64,000 nt of DNA from Acidimicrobiia bacterium (lineage in GTDB: Bacteria; Actinomycetota; Acidimicrobiia; Spongiisociales; ZC4RG35): positions 17,444 through 81,443 of the forward strand of contig DASZOM010000033.1 in assembly GCA_035550735.1 (NCBI GenBank). The letters are read 5' to 3'. The notes under the pieces are model-generated. The model ran no database searches, was not told where the DNA came from, and worked only from the letters and a program-made list of their open reading frames with translations. Position numbers and translations under genes: made by a program. Shown in pieces: positions 36,143 to 45,402 of the stretch (the first letter of the stretch is position 1; each line of letters starts with the position of its first letter).

Positions 36143-36721
36143 TCAGCCGAGGTGTACGGGCTGGTTCCCATCCTTCCACTTGATCGAGCAGCCCATCGAG
36201 GCGTATTGCTCCTCGGACACGGCCTCGCCGGCGAGGACGGCTTCCATCGCCGCCCGCAGGTCCTGTCCCGTCACCGGGACACCGCTGTTGGGCCGGGAAT
36301 CGTCGAGCCTGCCCCGATAGACCAGGGTTCGCTCCGGCCCGAACAGGAAGAAGTCCGGCGTGCACATCGCGGTGTAGGCCGCGGCCACCGCCTGGTCCTC
36401 GTCGAACAGATAGGGGAACACGTAGCCGAACTGCTCGGCCTCGGCCTTCATCGCCTCGGGGGAGTCCTCCGGGTAGTCGGTTGGGTCGTTGGAGCTGATC
36501 GCGACGATGCCGATCCCGGAGTCCTGATAGTCCTTTCCGAGCCGGGCGAGCTCGTCCCTGACGTGCTTGACATAGGGGCAGTGATTGCAGATGAACATCA
36601 CCAGGACCCCGGTCTTGTCGTCGTAGTCGAAGAGCGAGACCGTCCTGGCGGTCACGGTGTCGGGCAATGAGAAGTCCGGCGCCTGGGTGCCCAGGGCGAG
36701 CATGGTGGATGTCGCTGGCAT
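36143..36721 (-). CDS. Thioredoxin-fold redoxin (AhpC/TSA-like thiol-disulfide oxidoreductase)
   Basis: It has a redoxin fold with a CNHCPYV (CxxC) active site. Confidence 0.7.
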   Translation of the reverse strand: MPATSTMLALGTQAPDFSLPDTVTARTVSLFDYDDKTGVLVMFICNHCPYVKHVRDELARLGKDYQDSGIGIVAISSNDPTDYPEDSPEAMKAEAEQFGYVFPYLFDEDQAVAAAYTAMCTPDFFLFGPERTLVYRGRLDDSRPNSGVPVTGQDLRAAMEAVLAGEAVSEEQYASMGCSIKWKDGNQPVHLG

Positions 36722-36730
36722 GAGCCGAGT

Positions 36731-38224
36731 CTAAGGGGACGAAAACGCTGCAATCACATCGCCGAAGGTCTCGATGGAGCCCTCGGCACCGACGTCGGGC
36801 AGCGCCACGATGGAATGGGCCGCCCCGGCCTCGTGGTATGCGGTGAACAGCGCGACCAGGTCGTCGACGGTCCCGGCGTTGTGACGGGCCATGTATCGCT
36901 CGGCGGTGGTGTTGCGATCGCGGAGCGACTCGACCTTCTCCTGCACCTCCCGACGGCTCGATGCGGCCACGGCATTGGTGAGATGGGTGACCTCCACGAG
37001 GTCGGGGTCCCGCCCCAATTCGGCGCAATGCTCGTGGAGGACACGCACCTTTTGCGCCACCCGGGCCGGGTCGCCGAACACGTTGCAGGCGTCTCCGTAT
37101 CGAGCCGCCAGCCGGAGGGTGCGACGCTCGCCGGCCCCGCCGACGAGGATGGGAATCGGGTCCTGCAGCGGGCGTGGGTAGCAGATCAGCTCATCGGAGT
37201 GGATGTGCTTGCCATGGAACCCGGGCGTCCCCTTGCCCCAGAGCAGTGGCAGCACCTGCAGCGTCTCCTCCAGGATCTCGAAGCGCTCGCCCGTCCCGGG
37301 GAAGGCGAGCCCATAGGCGGCGTGCTCCTCCTCGTCCCAGGCAGCTCCAAGACCGCAGTTGACCCGGCCGCCGGAGAGCACGTCGAGACTGGCCAGCATC
37401 TTGCCCAACAGCAACGGGTTGCGATGGGTGATCCCGGTGACCAGGGGCCCGATCCGGATCGTCGACGTGACCCCCGCCAGGAAGCCGAGCGTCACGAAGG
37501 CCTCGGGGATGTCCTCCCATGGGCGACCCACCCCTCGTATCTGACGGAGGTGATCCATCACCCAGATGTCGCGAAACCCGGCTGCTTCGGCGCGCCGGGC
37601 GATCGAGGCGAGCTCTTCGCCGAGGTCGACGCCTCCCCAGTCGAAACGGGAGACCATCAGCCCGAAGGTGTGACCGGTCGCGGGGCGGCTGGCGCCTCCC
37701 ACTGCCGGCTCGCCCTCGGGTGTGGCCACCAGGACCTGGGGGGCGACCAGCTCGACGGGCTGCTCGACGTGGATCCCGTCGAAGCCCTCGCTCGCCACCT
37801 CCCGCCTCACCTTGGGGAAACGGCCGATCTGTCTCCGGACAACCGTCTTGGGGAGGGGTCTCGGCCTGCTGTCGTTGCGGGCCAGGCAGACGTCGCCGGG
37901 AGTGTCGAAGAGGACTGCGTGCGCGGGAACCGCCGCATCGCGGGCGAGTTGCAGCCACCGTTCCCGCGACTCGGCGTGGAATCCGAGGGTGTCGATCACT
38001 GTGGTCAGCCCACGGCTCAGCCTCTCGGTGACCACACGATCCAGGATCTCGAAGGCGGCAGTCCCCGCCGCCTGGTCGTCCTCACCGGCGCCCACCATGG
38101 CGCGGAGCCGGTCCGAGGAGACGATCTGGTCGGGGGAGAAGTTGTCCGCCGCCCAGGTCGACTTGCCTGCCCCGCTGGGACCGATCAGCACCACGAGGGT
38201 GGGTGAGGGGAGTCGCAGCGCCAT
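36731..38224 (-). CDS. Fusion protein: P-loop kinase (AAA_33/polynucleotide-kinase-like) N-domain + LLM-class (F420/flavin) oxidoreductase C-domain
   Basis: An ATG at 38224 gives MALRLPSPTLVVLIGPSGAGKSTWAADNF (Walker A) with a DTLG Walker B-like segment. Residues ~190-497 have the luciferase-like pattern WVMDHL...GLGAGWDEEEHAAYGLAFP. Confidence 0.7.
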   Translation of the reverse strand: MALRLPSPTLVVLIGPSGAGKSTWAADNFSPDQIVSSDRLRAMVGAGEDDQAAGTAAFEILDRVVTERLSRGLTTVIDTLGFHAESRERWLQLARDAAVPAHAVLFDTPGDVCLARNDSRPRPLPKTVVRRQIGRFPKVRREVASEGFDGIHVEQPVELVAPQVLVATPEGEPAVGGASRPATGHTFGLMVSRFDWGGVDLGEELASIARRAEAAGFRDIWVMDHLRQIRGVGRPWEDIPEAFVTLGFLAGVTSTIRIGPLVTGITHRNPLLLGKMLASLDVLSGGRVNCGLGAAWDEEEHAAYGLAFPGTGERFEILEETLQVLPLLWGKGTPGFHGKHIHSDELICYPRPLQDPIPILVGGAGERRTLRLAARYGDACNVFGDPARVAQKVRVLHEHCAELGRDPDLVEVTHLTNAVAASSRREVQEKVESLRDRNTTAERYMARHNAGTVDDLVALFTAYHEAGAAHSIVALPDVGAEGSIETFGDVIAAFSSP

Positions 38225-38263
38225 CCCCGTGTTTCTAGCGTCCCAGTCGGTAACCTTGCCTAC

Positions 38264-39157
38264 GTGACTGACCCACCGAGCGCCCCATTCGGGTTGCTGG
38301 CCACCGCAATGGTGACCCCCTTCGACTCCACCGGGGCCGTCGACTACCAGAAGAGCCGCGACCTGGCCAGGCATCTCGTCGCCAACGGATCCGACACTCT
38401 GGTTGTTGCCGGCACCACCGGCGAGTCACCGACCCTCGACGAGACCGAGAAGCTGGCACTGTTCAAGACGGTGGTCGAAGCCGTCGAGGGCAAGAAGGCG
38501 AAGGTCGTCGCCGGAACCGGCACCTACGACACCGCCCACTCCGTCGAGATGAGCCGAAAAGCGATGGAGCTCGGTGTCGACGGTGTGCTCGCAGTCACCC
38601 CCTACTACAACCGGCCCAGCCAGCAGGGCCTCGTCGCCCATTTCAAGGCGATCGCCGACGTCGGCGCCCCGGTCATGCTCTACAACATCCCGGGTCGGAC
38701 CAGCCGGCGCATCGAGGTGGAGACACTGGCCATCCTGGCCGGGCATCCCAACATCGTCGCGGTCAAGGACGCCGTCGAGAACCTCGAGTTCACGTCGGCC
38801 TCGATCAACGTCGCTCCGAGCCTCGCCGTCTACTCCGGTCAGGACAGCCTCACCCTGCCGATGATGGCGGTGGGTGCGGTGGGTGTGGTCTCGGTGGTCT
38901 CACATCTCGCCGGGCCGACGGTGAAGGCCATGCTCAAGGCGGCCGAGGCCGGCGACTACGAGGAGGCGCGTCGTCTCCATCACGTTCTCCTTCCTCTCTG
39001 CCAGGCCTGCTTCCTCGAGCCCAACCCGTCCCCTGTCAAGCGGGCCCTGGGCGAGCTGTGGGAGCCGGTCGGTGATGTCAGGCTGCCCCTGGTGGCTGCC
39101 GGCGACGACACCATGGCCGCCGTCGAGAAGGCGATGGGGGCGATCACGCCCTCGTGA
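38264..39157 (+). CDS. dapA: 4-hydroxy-tetrahydrodipicolinate synthase
   Basis: It has the DapA family pattern (TPFDSTGAVD, GTTGESPTL, catalytic Lys in VAVKDA). Confidence 0.9.
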   Translation: MTDPPSAPFGLLATAMVTPFDSTGAVDYQKSRDLARHLVANGSDTLVVAGTTGESPTLDETEKLALFKTVVEAVEGKKAKVVAGTGTYDTAHSVEMSRKAMELGVDGVLAVTPYYNRPSQQGLVAHFKAIADVGAPVMLYNIPGRTSRRIEVETLAILAGHPNIVAVKDAVENLEFTSASINVAPSLAVYSGQDSLTLPMMAVGAVGVVSVVSHLAGPTVKAMLKAAEAGDYEEARRLHHVLLPLCQACFLEPNPSPVKRALGELWEPVGDVRLPLVAAGDDTMAAVEKAMGAITPS

Positions 39158-40788
39158 GCGTCTCGGTCACATTTCTCGGAGGGCTCGGCGAGATCGGGCG
39201 CAACTGCGCCGCCCTCGAAGTCGACGGGAAGATCGCCCTGATCGACGTCGGGCTGATGTTCCCCGAGGAGGACATGCTCGGTGTCGATCTGGTCTTCCCC
39301 GACTGGTCATGGCTGGTGGAGCGGCGCAAGGACGTGGCCATGGTCGTCCTCACCCATGCCCACGAGGATCACGTCGGGGCGCTCGGCTACTTCCTCCGTG
39401 ATCTCCAGGTCCCCGTCTACGGGACCGAGCTCACGGTGGAGATGGCGAGGGGAAGGGTCGACGAGCTTCGGGTCGAGGCCGAGTTCCGCAAGGTCGACCA
39501 GAAGAGGTGGACCTCGCACGGGCCGTTCAAATTCATGCTCATCCCGGTGAGCCACTCCATCCCCGACGCCTCGGCGGTCGCCTTCGACACTCCCGAGGGT
39601 GTTGTGCTCCATTCGGGCGACTTCAAGCTCGATCCCACGCCGATCGATCTCCGGCCCACCGACCTGCCCGCTCTCGCCTCCCTGGGTGAGCGTGGCGTGC
39701 GGCTGCTTCTCTCCGACTCGACCAACGCCGAGCGACCCGGGTTCGTGCCCTCGGAGAGCTCGGTCGGGCGGCCAATCGCCGATGTGATCAGAGACGCCCC
39801 GGGCCGGGTGATCGCCGCCTGCTTCTCGTCCCACGTCCATCGGGTCCAGCAGATCGCCAACGCCGGAGTCACCGCCGGGCGCAAGATCGCGTTCTTCGGC
39901 CGGTCGATGCACAGAACCACCACGATCGCCAACGATCTCGGCTATCTCGACCTGCCCAAGGACGCGGTGATCGACATCAAGGAGCTGGGCTCCCAGCCCG
40001 AGCAGAGACAGCTCCTCATCACCACCGGCTCGCAAGGGGAGCCATTCGCCGCTCTCTCGCTGATCTCCCAGGGACGGCACAAGTTCGTCGATCTGGAAGA
40101 GAGCGACACCGTCCTCATCTCCGCCCAGCCGATACCGGGCAACGAGACCGCGGTCTCCAAGGTGATCTCCAACCTGATGCGACGTGGGGCCACGGTGATC
40201 CACGGCCGCAACTCCCCGATCCACGTCTCCGGTCACGGGGCCAGGGAGGAATTGCTGACTTTCATCAACCTGGTGCGGCCGACCGCTTTCGTCCCGGTGC
40301 ACGGCGAGTACCGGCACCTGGCGGCGCACGCCGACCTCGCCCGGGCGATGGGAGTCCCCCATGTCGATGTGCTCGAGGACGGGGATCGCGTCACCCTCGA
40401 CGGCGACAGGACCTTCGTGGAGCGGCGGGCGGTGCCCGCCGGGTACGTCTACCTGGACGGCTCGTCGGTGGGGGACGTGCAGAGCGCGGTTCTCCGCGAC
40501 CGCTCCCATCTCGCCGATGAGGGGGTGGTGGTGGTGACGGTGGGGATCGACCATGACACCGGGGAGATCGCCTACGGGCCCGACATGGACAGCCACGGGC
40601 TCATGGACGACCCCAGAACCGTCCTGGAGAAGGCCGGCGAGGCGGTGCGGACCGCTATCCAGTCCCACGAGACCGGTCGCACCGATCACTCCGAGCTGCA
40701 GAAGACGGTCCGCCAGGCCGCCGGAAAGGTCATCCGCGACGAGACGTCGCGTCGCCCGGTGATCATCCCGGTGATCATGGAGGTCTGA
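39154..40788 (+). CDS. rnj: Ribonuclease J (metallo-beta-lactamase/beta-CASP)
   Basis: It has HAHEDHVGA (HxHxDH) and a beta-CASP region. The GTG start overlaps the dapA stop (GTGA). The dapA-rnj adjacency is conserved in Actinobacteria. Confidence 0.9.
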   Translation: MSVSVTFLGGLGEIGRNCAALEVDGKIALIDVGLMFPEEDMLGVDLVFPDWSWLVERRKDVAMVVLTHAHEDHVGALGYFLRDLQVPVYGTELTVEMARGRVDELRVEAEFRKVDQKRWTSHGPFKFMLIPVSHSIPDASAVAFDTPEGVVLHSGDFKLDPTPIDLRPTDLPALASLGERGVRLLLSDSTNAERPGFVPSESSVGRPIADVIRDAPGRVIAACFSSHVHRVQQIANAGVTAGRKIAFFGRSMHRTTTIANDLGYLDLPKDAVIDIKELGSQPEQRQLLITTGSQGEPFAALSLISQGRHKFVDLEESDTVLISAQPIPGNETAVSKVISNLMRRGATVIHGRNSPIHVSGHGAREELLTFINLVRPTAFVPVHGEYRHLAAHADLARAMGVPHVDVLEDGDRVTLDGDRTFVERRAVPAGYVYLDGSSVGDVQSAVLRDRSHLADEGVVVVTVGIDHDTGEIAYGPDMDSHGLMDDPRTVLEKAGEAVRTAIQSHETGRTDHSELQKTVRQAAGKVIRDETSRRPVIIPVIMEV

Positions 40789-40869
40789 GCCCGGGGCTCG
40801 TCGGCCAGTCCGGGCCCTCGCCTGGAATTCACCGACAAACCCCCCGCCCTGGGTATTGTTTCCGGACAC

Positions 40870-43164
40870 ATGCCAACCCGGACATCCACCCGCAAGGGCT
40901 CCGGGCGGAGACGGGTGTCCACGAAGCAGAAGACGAGGCCGAAGAGGTCTCGAAACAGATCGCTCACCGCGTCACTGGCGTCGATGCGCGCCGCGGTGAG
41001 AAACACCCTGGGGCGTCAGACCGACGACGTCTGGGGTGTGATCCTCCTCGTTCTCTCCATGCTGGTGACCCTGGCCTTCTTCGATCTCGCCGGGCCGGTG
41101 GGCGACGGGTTCGAGTCGGGATCGAGGCTCCTCTTCGGGGTATGGCGCTTCGCGGTCCCGATAGCCCTCGCCGGCATCGGCATCGGGATGATCGTGGGCA
41201 AGCCGCGTGACGGTGCCCGCAAGCTGGTCGTCGGCGGTGTGGCCACCTTCGTCGGCACACTCGCCCTCTTCCACCTTCTTACCGGAGCGGTCGCGCTCCG
41301 ACCCAGCATCGAACTGGTGCAGGAGCGGGGTGGGGCGGTCGGCTCGTTGATCGCATTCCCACTTCGCCGCATCCTCGGACACTGGGGCGCTTTCGTCGTT
41401 CTCTCCTCCTCGATAGGGATGGGAGTCCTGGTGGTGACCGGTACCTCGGTTCGGGAGCTGTTCACGGGGATCGTCGATCTCTGGCGCGGGCTTCGCAGGA
41501 TGGCGCGTGAGGTCTTTGCCGGCGATCCCGATCGACGGGGCGCACACGTCGCGCCACGGCCCGCGCCGATCGTCGAGCAGAAGCCAAGGGGCAAGCACGC
41601 CAAGCCGGACGAGCAGCGCCCGCCCAAGGACCAGCCGGCCAAGCGTGTGGTGAAGCCGCGACCGGATCCGGTCGCCGTGACCCTGGACCTGACGACCCCC
41701 GAGTACCAACTCCCTCCACTTTCCCTGCTCGACGGTGGAACCGGGGGAGAGGTGAACAAGCGGTCGTTGGAGGACACGGCACGCCAGCTCGAGGACACAC
41801 TGCTCCAGCACGGGGTCGACGCCACTTTGACCAAGATCGTCCCCGGGCCGACCGTCACCCGATACGAGATCGAGCTCGCTCCCGGGGTCAAGGTCAACAG
41901 GGTGTCCAACCTCTCCCACGACATCGCCTACGCCCTGGCCACGCCCGACGTCAGGCTCCTGGTACCCATCCCGGGGAAGTCGGCGATCGGCGTGGAGGTG
42001 CCCAATGTCAAGCGCCGCCTCGTCTCCCTCGGTGACATCCTCTCCAGCCCGGAGGCGGCCCGACCGGCGCATCCGCTCACCGTGGGCCTGGGAATGGACA
42101 TCTCAGGCCAGCCCCGGCTCCTCAACCTGGCCGAGCTGCCCCATGTCCTCATCGCCGGAGCCACCGGGGCAGGGAAGTCGTCCTGCATCAACTCGATCGT
42201 GACCTCGCTGCTGATGCGCACCCACCCCGACGACGTCCGGGTGATCATGGTCGACCCGAAACGTGTCGAGCTGGGCCAGTACAACGGGGTGCCGCATCTG
42301 CTGACACGGGTGATCACCAACCCGAAGAAGGCAAACGAGGCGCTGAAGTGGGCCGTGGCCGAGATGGACCGCCGCTACGACCTCCTCGCCGAGGCCAGGG
42401 TCCGTGACATCGAGGGCTATCGGGACAAGCTCGACGCCGGCGGTCTCGATCCCGAGGGCTTCGACCGCTTCCCCTACATCGTCGTGGTGATCGACGAGCT
42501 CAACGACCTGATGATGGTGGCGGGCAAGGAGGTCGAGGAATCGATCGTTCGCATCGCCCAGATGGCACGAGCGGTGGGCATCCACCTGGTCATCGCCACC
42601 CAGAGGCCCTCGGTGGACGTGATCACCGGCGTGATCAAGGCAAACGTGCCGAGCCGTCTCGCCTTCAGTGTCGCCTCCCAGACCGACAGCCGGGTGATAA
42701 TCGACGGCGCCGGCGCCGAGAAGCTGGTGGGCATGGGCGACATGCTGGTGGTGACCGCCAAGGAGCCGCGGCCCCAGCGGATACAGGGGGCTTGGGTGAG
42801 GGAGACCGAGGTGCATGCCGTGGTCGAGTGGGTCAGGGCGCAGAGAGAGGCCCAGTACCAGGACCAGCAGGTGCTCGAGGTCGCTGCCGCGGCGGCAGCC
42901 GCTTCCGCCGCCGCCGAGGAGGAGGACGACGTCGACACCGAGCTGGTCCGTCAGGCGATGGAGCTGGTGGTCCGGTCCCAGCTCGGCTCCACCTCGATGC
43001 TGCAGCGAAAGCTCCGAATCGGCTTCGCCCGGGCAGGCCGGGTGATGGATGCCCTGGAGCGCCAGGGCGTGGTCGGCCCTTCGCTGGGAAGCAAGGCACG
43101 GGACGTCTTGATGACCGTCGAGGAGCTCGAAGGTGTCATGGAGACGGAGTCGGCCCCGGTCTGA
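40870..43164 (+). CDS. ftsK: DNA translocase FtsK/SpoIIIE
   Basis: It has a basic N-terminus, 4 TM helices, a Pro/Lys-rich linker, an AAA+ motor domain (GATGAGKS) and a C-terminal gamma (winged-helix) domain. Confidence 0.9.
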   Translation: MPTRTSTRKGSGRRRVSTKQKTRPKRSRNRSLTASLASMRAAVRNTLGRQTDDVWGVILLVLSMLVTLAFFDLAGPVGDGFESGSRLLFGVWRFAVPIALAGIGIGMIVGKPRDGARKLVVGGVATFVGTLALFHLLTGAVALRPSIELVQERGGAVGSLIAFPLRRILGHWGAFVVLSSSIGMGVLVVTGTSVRELFTGIVDLWRGLRRMAREVFAGDPDRRGAHVAPRPAPIVEQKPRGKHAKPDEQRPPKDQPAKRVVKPRPDPVAVTLDLTTPEYQLPPLSLLDGGTGGEVNKRSLEDTARQLEDTLLQHGVDATLTKIVPGPTVTRYEIELAPGVKVNRVSNLSHDIAYALATPDVRLLVPIPGKSAIGVEVPNVKRRLVSLGDILSSPEAARPAHPLTVGLGMDISGQPRLLNLAELPHVLIAGATGAGKSSCINSIVTSLLMRTHPDDVRVIMVDPKRVELGQYNGVPHLLTRVITNPKKANEALKWAVAEMDRRYDLLAEARVRDIEGYRDKLDAGGLDPEGFDRFPYIVVVIDELNDLMMVAGKEVEESIVRIAQMARAVGIHLVIATQRPSVDVITGVIKANVPSRLAFSVASQTDSRVIIDGAGAEKLVGMGDMLVVTAKEPRPQRIQGAWVRETEVHAVVEWVRAQREAQYQDQQVLEVAAAAAAASAAAEEEDDVDTELVRQAMELVVRSQLGSTSMLQRKLRIGFARAGRVMDALERQGVVGPSLGSKARDVLMTVEELEGVMETESAPV

Positions 43165-43190
43165 TGGGCCGATTCGGAATGGTCGGCCCA
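43165..43190 (+). terminator. Stem-loop immediately after ftsK stop (putative terminator/RNA end structure)
   Basis: It is an 8-bp stem (TGGGCCGA / TCGGCCCA) with a 10-nt loop, starting 1 nt after the ftsK TGA. There is no clear U-tract. Confidence 0.3.
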
Positions 43191-43228
43191 GGTCTAAGCT
43201 CGCCCGGGTTCGTCTCTAGTTCCACGAG

Positions 43229-44374
43229 GTGTTTGGCGTGAGCTCACGCAGGTCAGGGCTTGGTCGCGGGCTCGATGCATTGATCCCCACGGCTTCGGGC
43301 GAGGCAACGCTGTCGGTGATCGGGCAGACTTCGGGTGATGATTCGATGTTCTCGCTGATCAACCCGGACGGCTCGGTCCGCGATCGCCTTCCCCTGACCC
43401 TCGACGAGATGAAGGCGCTCTATGCCGACATGGTTGAGGCGCGCACCTACGACGACAAGTCGATGGCGATGCAACGCCAGGGCCGGCTCGCCACCTACGC
43501 CCCGTTCCGGGGCCAGGAGGCGGCGCAGATCGGGGCCGCCGCCGCCCTGGCCGAGGACGATTGGGTGGCGGCCACCTACCGGGACGCCGCGCTCAACTGG
43601 CGTGCCGGCTATCCCTGGGAGCTGCTGATCCTGGGTCGCACCGGGGACGAGAGGGGTGGCCAGGTTCCGGAAGGGGTCAACATCCTCCCGCCCTCGATCA
43701 CGGTGGGCGGCCACATGATCCACGCCGTCGGTCTCTCCTGGGCCGAGAAGCTGTCAGGCTCCGACCGCATCGCCCTCACCTCCTTCGGCGATGGGGCCAC
43801 CTCCGAGGGAGATTTCCACGAGGCGATGAACTTCGCCTCCGTCTACCGGACACCGACGGTGTTCCTGTGTCAGAACAACGGCTACGCCATCTCCTACCCG
43901 ACCTCGGAACAGACCCGGTCGGACACGATCGCGGTCAAGGCGGACGCCTACGGGATGCCTGGGATCCGCGTCGACGGCAACGACGTGGTTGCCGTGCTCG
44001 TGGCGGTGCGCGAGGCGGTGTCCCTGGCGCGCGCCGGCGACGGGCCGAGTCTCATCGAGGCGGTCACCTATCGGATGGGCCCGCACACGACGGCCGACGA
44101 CCCGGACCGCTATAGGGACGGGAGCGATGTGACGGTGTGGGCGGAAAGGGATCCCCTGGAGAGAGTGCGCCTCCTCCTCGAGCGTCAGGGCGCCTGGGAC
44201 GAGGATTGGCAGACCGAGCTGGAGTCTGAGGCGTCGGAGACCATCGAGGCCGCGGTTGCCTGGGCCGAGTCGGTGCCTCCTCCGACCTTCGCCGAGATGC
44301 TCAACCGGGTCTACGCCCAACCCAGCCCCGCGTTGCGGGAGCACCTGGAGACGGGAGAGCCGAGTCAGATGTGA
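43229..44374 (+). CDS. pdhA: 2-oxoacid (pyruvate/branched-chain) dehydrogenase E1 component alpha subunit, with in-frame ParB-like N-terminal peptide
   Basis: The TPP-dependent E1 alpha core starts around MFSLINPDGS (ATG 43346). The ORF is open from GTG 43229/43238. It encodes SSRRSGLGRGLDALIPTASGEA, which matches actinobacterial ParB N-termini. Confidence 0.85.
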   Translation: MFGVSSRRSGLGRGLDALIPTASGEATLSVIGQTSGDDSMFSLINPDGSVRDRLPLTLDEMKALYADMVEARTYDDKSMAMQRQGRLATYAPFRGQEAAQIGAAAALAEDDWVAATYRDAALNWRAGYPWELLILGRTGDERGGQVPEGVNILPPSITVGGHMIHAVGLSWAEKLSGSDRIALTSFGDGATSEGDFHEAMNFASVYRTPTVFLCQNNGYAISYPTSEQTRSDTIAVKADAYGMPGIRVDGNDVVAVLVAVREAVSLARAGDGPSLIEAVTYRMGPHTTADDPDRYRDGSDVTVWAERDPLERVRLLLERQGAWDEDWQTELESEASETIEAAVAWAESVPPPTFAEMLNRVYAQPSPALREHLETGEPSQM

Positions 44375-44424
44375 GCAGATGTTGACCTACAGCGTCCAAA
44401 TTTGCACAAACCTCGGGGATCGGC

Positions 44425-45402
44425 ATGCCTGAGGTAAACCTCGCCCAGGCGATCAACGGGGCGTTGGACACCGCGTTGCGCAACGACCCGCGCGTGGTCC
44501 TGCTCGGCGAGGACATCGGTCGGGCCGGTGGTGTCTTCCGCATCACCGACGGGCTCAGGGCGAGTCACGGGCCCGATCGAGTCTTCGACACCCCGGTCGC
44601 CGAGTCCGGCATCGTCGGCGCAGCCTTCGGGATGGCGGTCGCAGGGATGCATCCGATAGCCGAGCTGCAGTTCCTCGGCTTCTCCTATCCCGCCTACGAC
44701 CAGATCATCAATCACGTCGCCCGGATCAGGAACCGCACCAACCACCGCTTCAGCGCGCCGATGGTCATCCGGATCCCCTACGGAGGGGGGATCGGGGCGG
44801 CGGAGCATCATTCCGAGTCGACCGAGGCGATATATGCCCACATCCCCGGGATCAAGGTCGTGGTCCCCTCCACGCCCGCGGATGCCCGGGGCCTGCTGCT
44901 CGCCGCCGTGGAGGACCCCGACCCGGTGATCTTCCTGGAGCCGATTCGCCTCTACCGCGCCATCAGGGAAGACGTGCCCGAAGCAGTCGATCGGGTGGAG
45001 ATCGGGCCGGTTCGCGTGGAGAGGTCTGGAGACGACATCACCCTGATCAGCTGGGGGGCGATGATGAAAGAGACTCGTGCCGCGGCCGGCGCCTTGGCCG
45101 AGGACGGCTACTCGGTCGAGGTGATAGACGTGCGGACCCTGGCCCCCCTCGATCGTGACGGGATCGTGGCGTCGGTGGAGAAGACTGGGCGGGCGGTGAT
45201 CATCCACGAGGCACCGCTCACCGGTGGGTTCGGGGGCGAGATCGCCGCGACCATCACCGAGCGAGCGCTCTACTCGCTGCTCGCACCGATCAAGCGGGTC
45301 ACCGGGTGGGACACGGTCTTCCCGTTGAAGCGCTCCGAGGCCCACTACCTTCCCTCGGTGGACCGAATCGTCTCTGCTGCGCACGAGACCCTGGAGGTTT
45401 GA
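44425..45402 (+). CDS. pdhB: 2-oxoacid dehydrogenase E1 component beta subunit
   Basis: It has a transketolase-like pyrimidine-binding domain and C-terminal domain. Confidence 0.9.
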   Translation: MPEVNLAQAINGALDTALRNDPRVVLLGEDIGRAGGVFRITDGLRASHGPDRVFDTPVAESGIVGAAFGMAVAGMHPIAELQFLGFSYPAYDQIINHVARIRNRTNHRFSAPMVIRIPYGGGIGAAEHHSESTEAIYAHIPGIKVVVPSTPADARGLLLAAVEDPDPVIFLEPIRLYRAIREDVPEAVDRVEIGPVRVERSGDDITLISWGAMMKETRAAAGALAEDGYSVEVIDVRTLAPLDRDGIVASVEKTGRAVIIHEAPLTGGFGGEIAATITERALYSLLAPIKRVTGWDTVFPLKRSEAHYLPSVDRIVSAAHETLEV

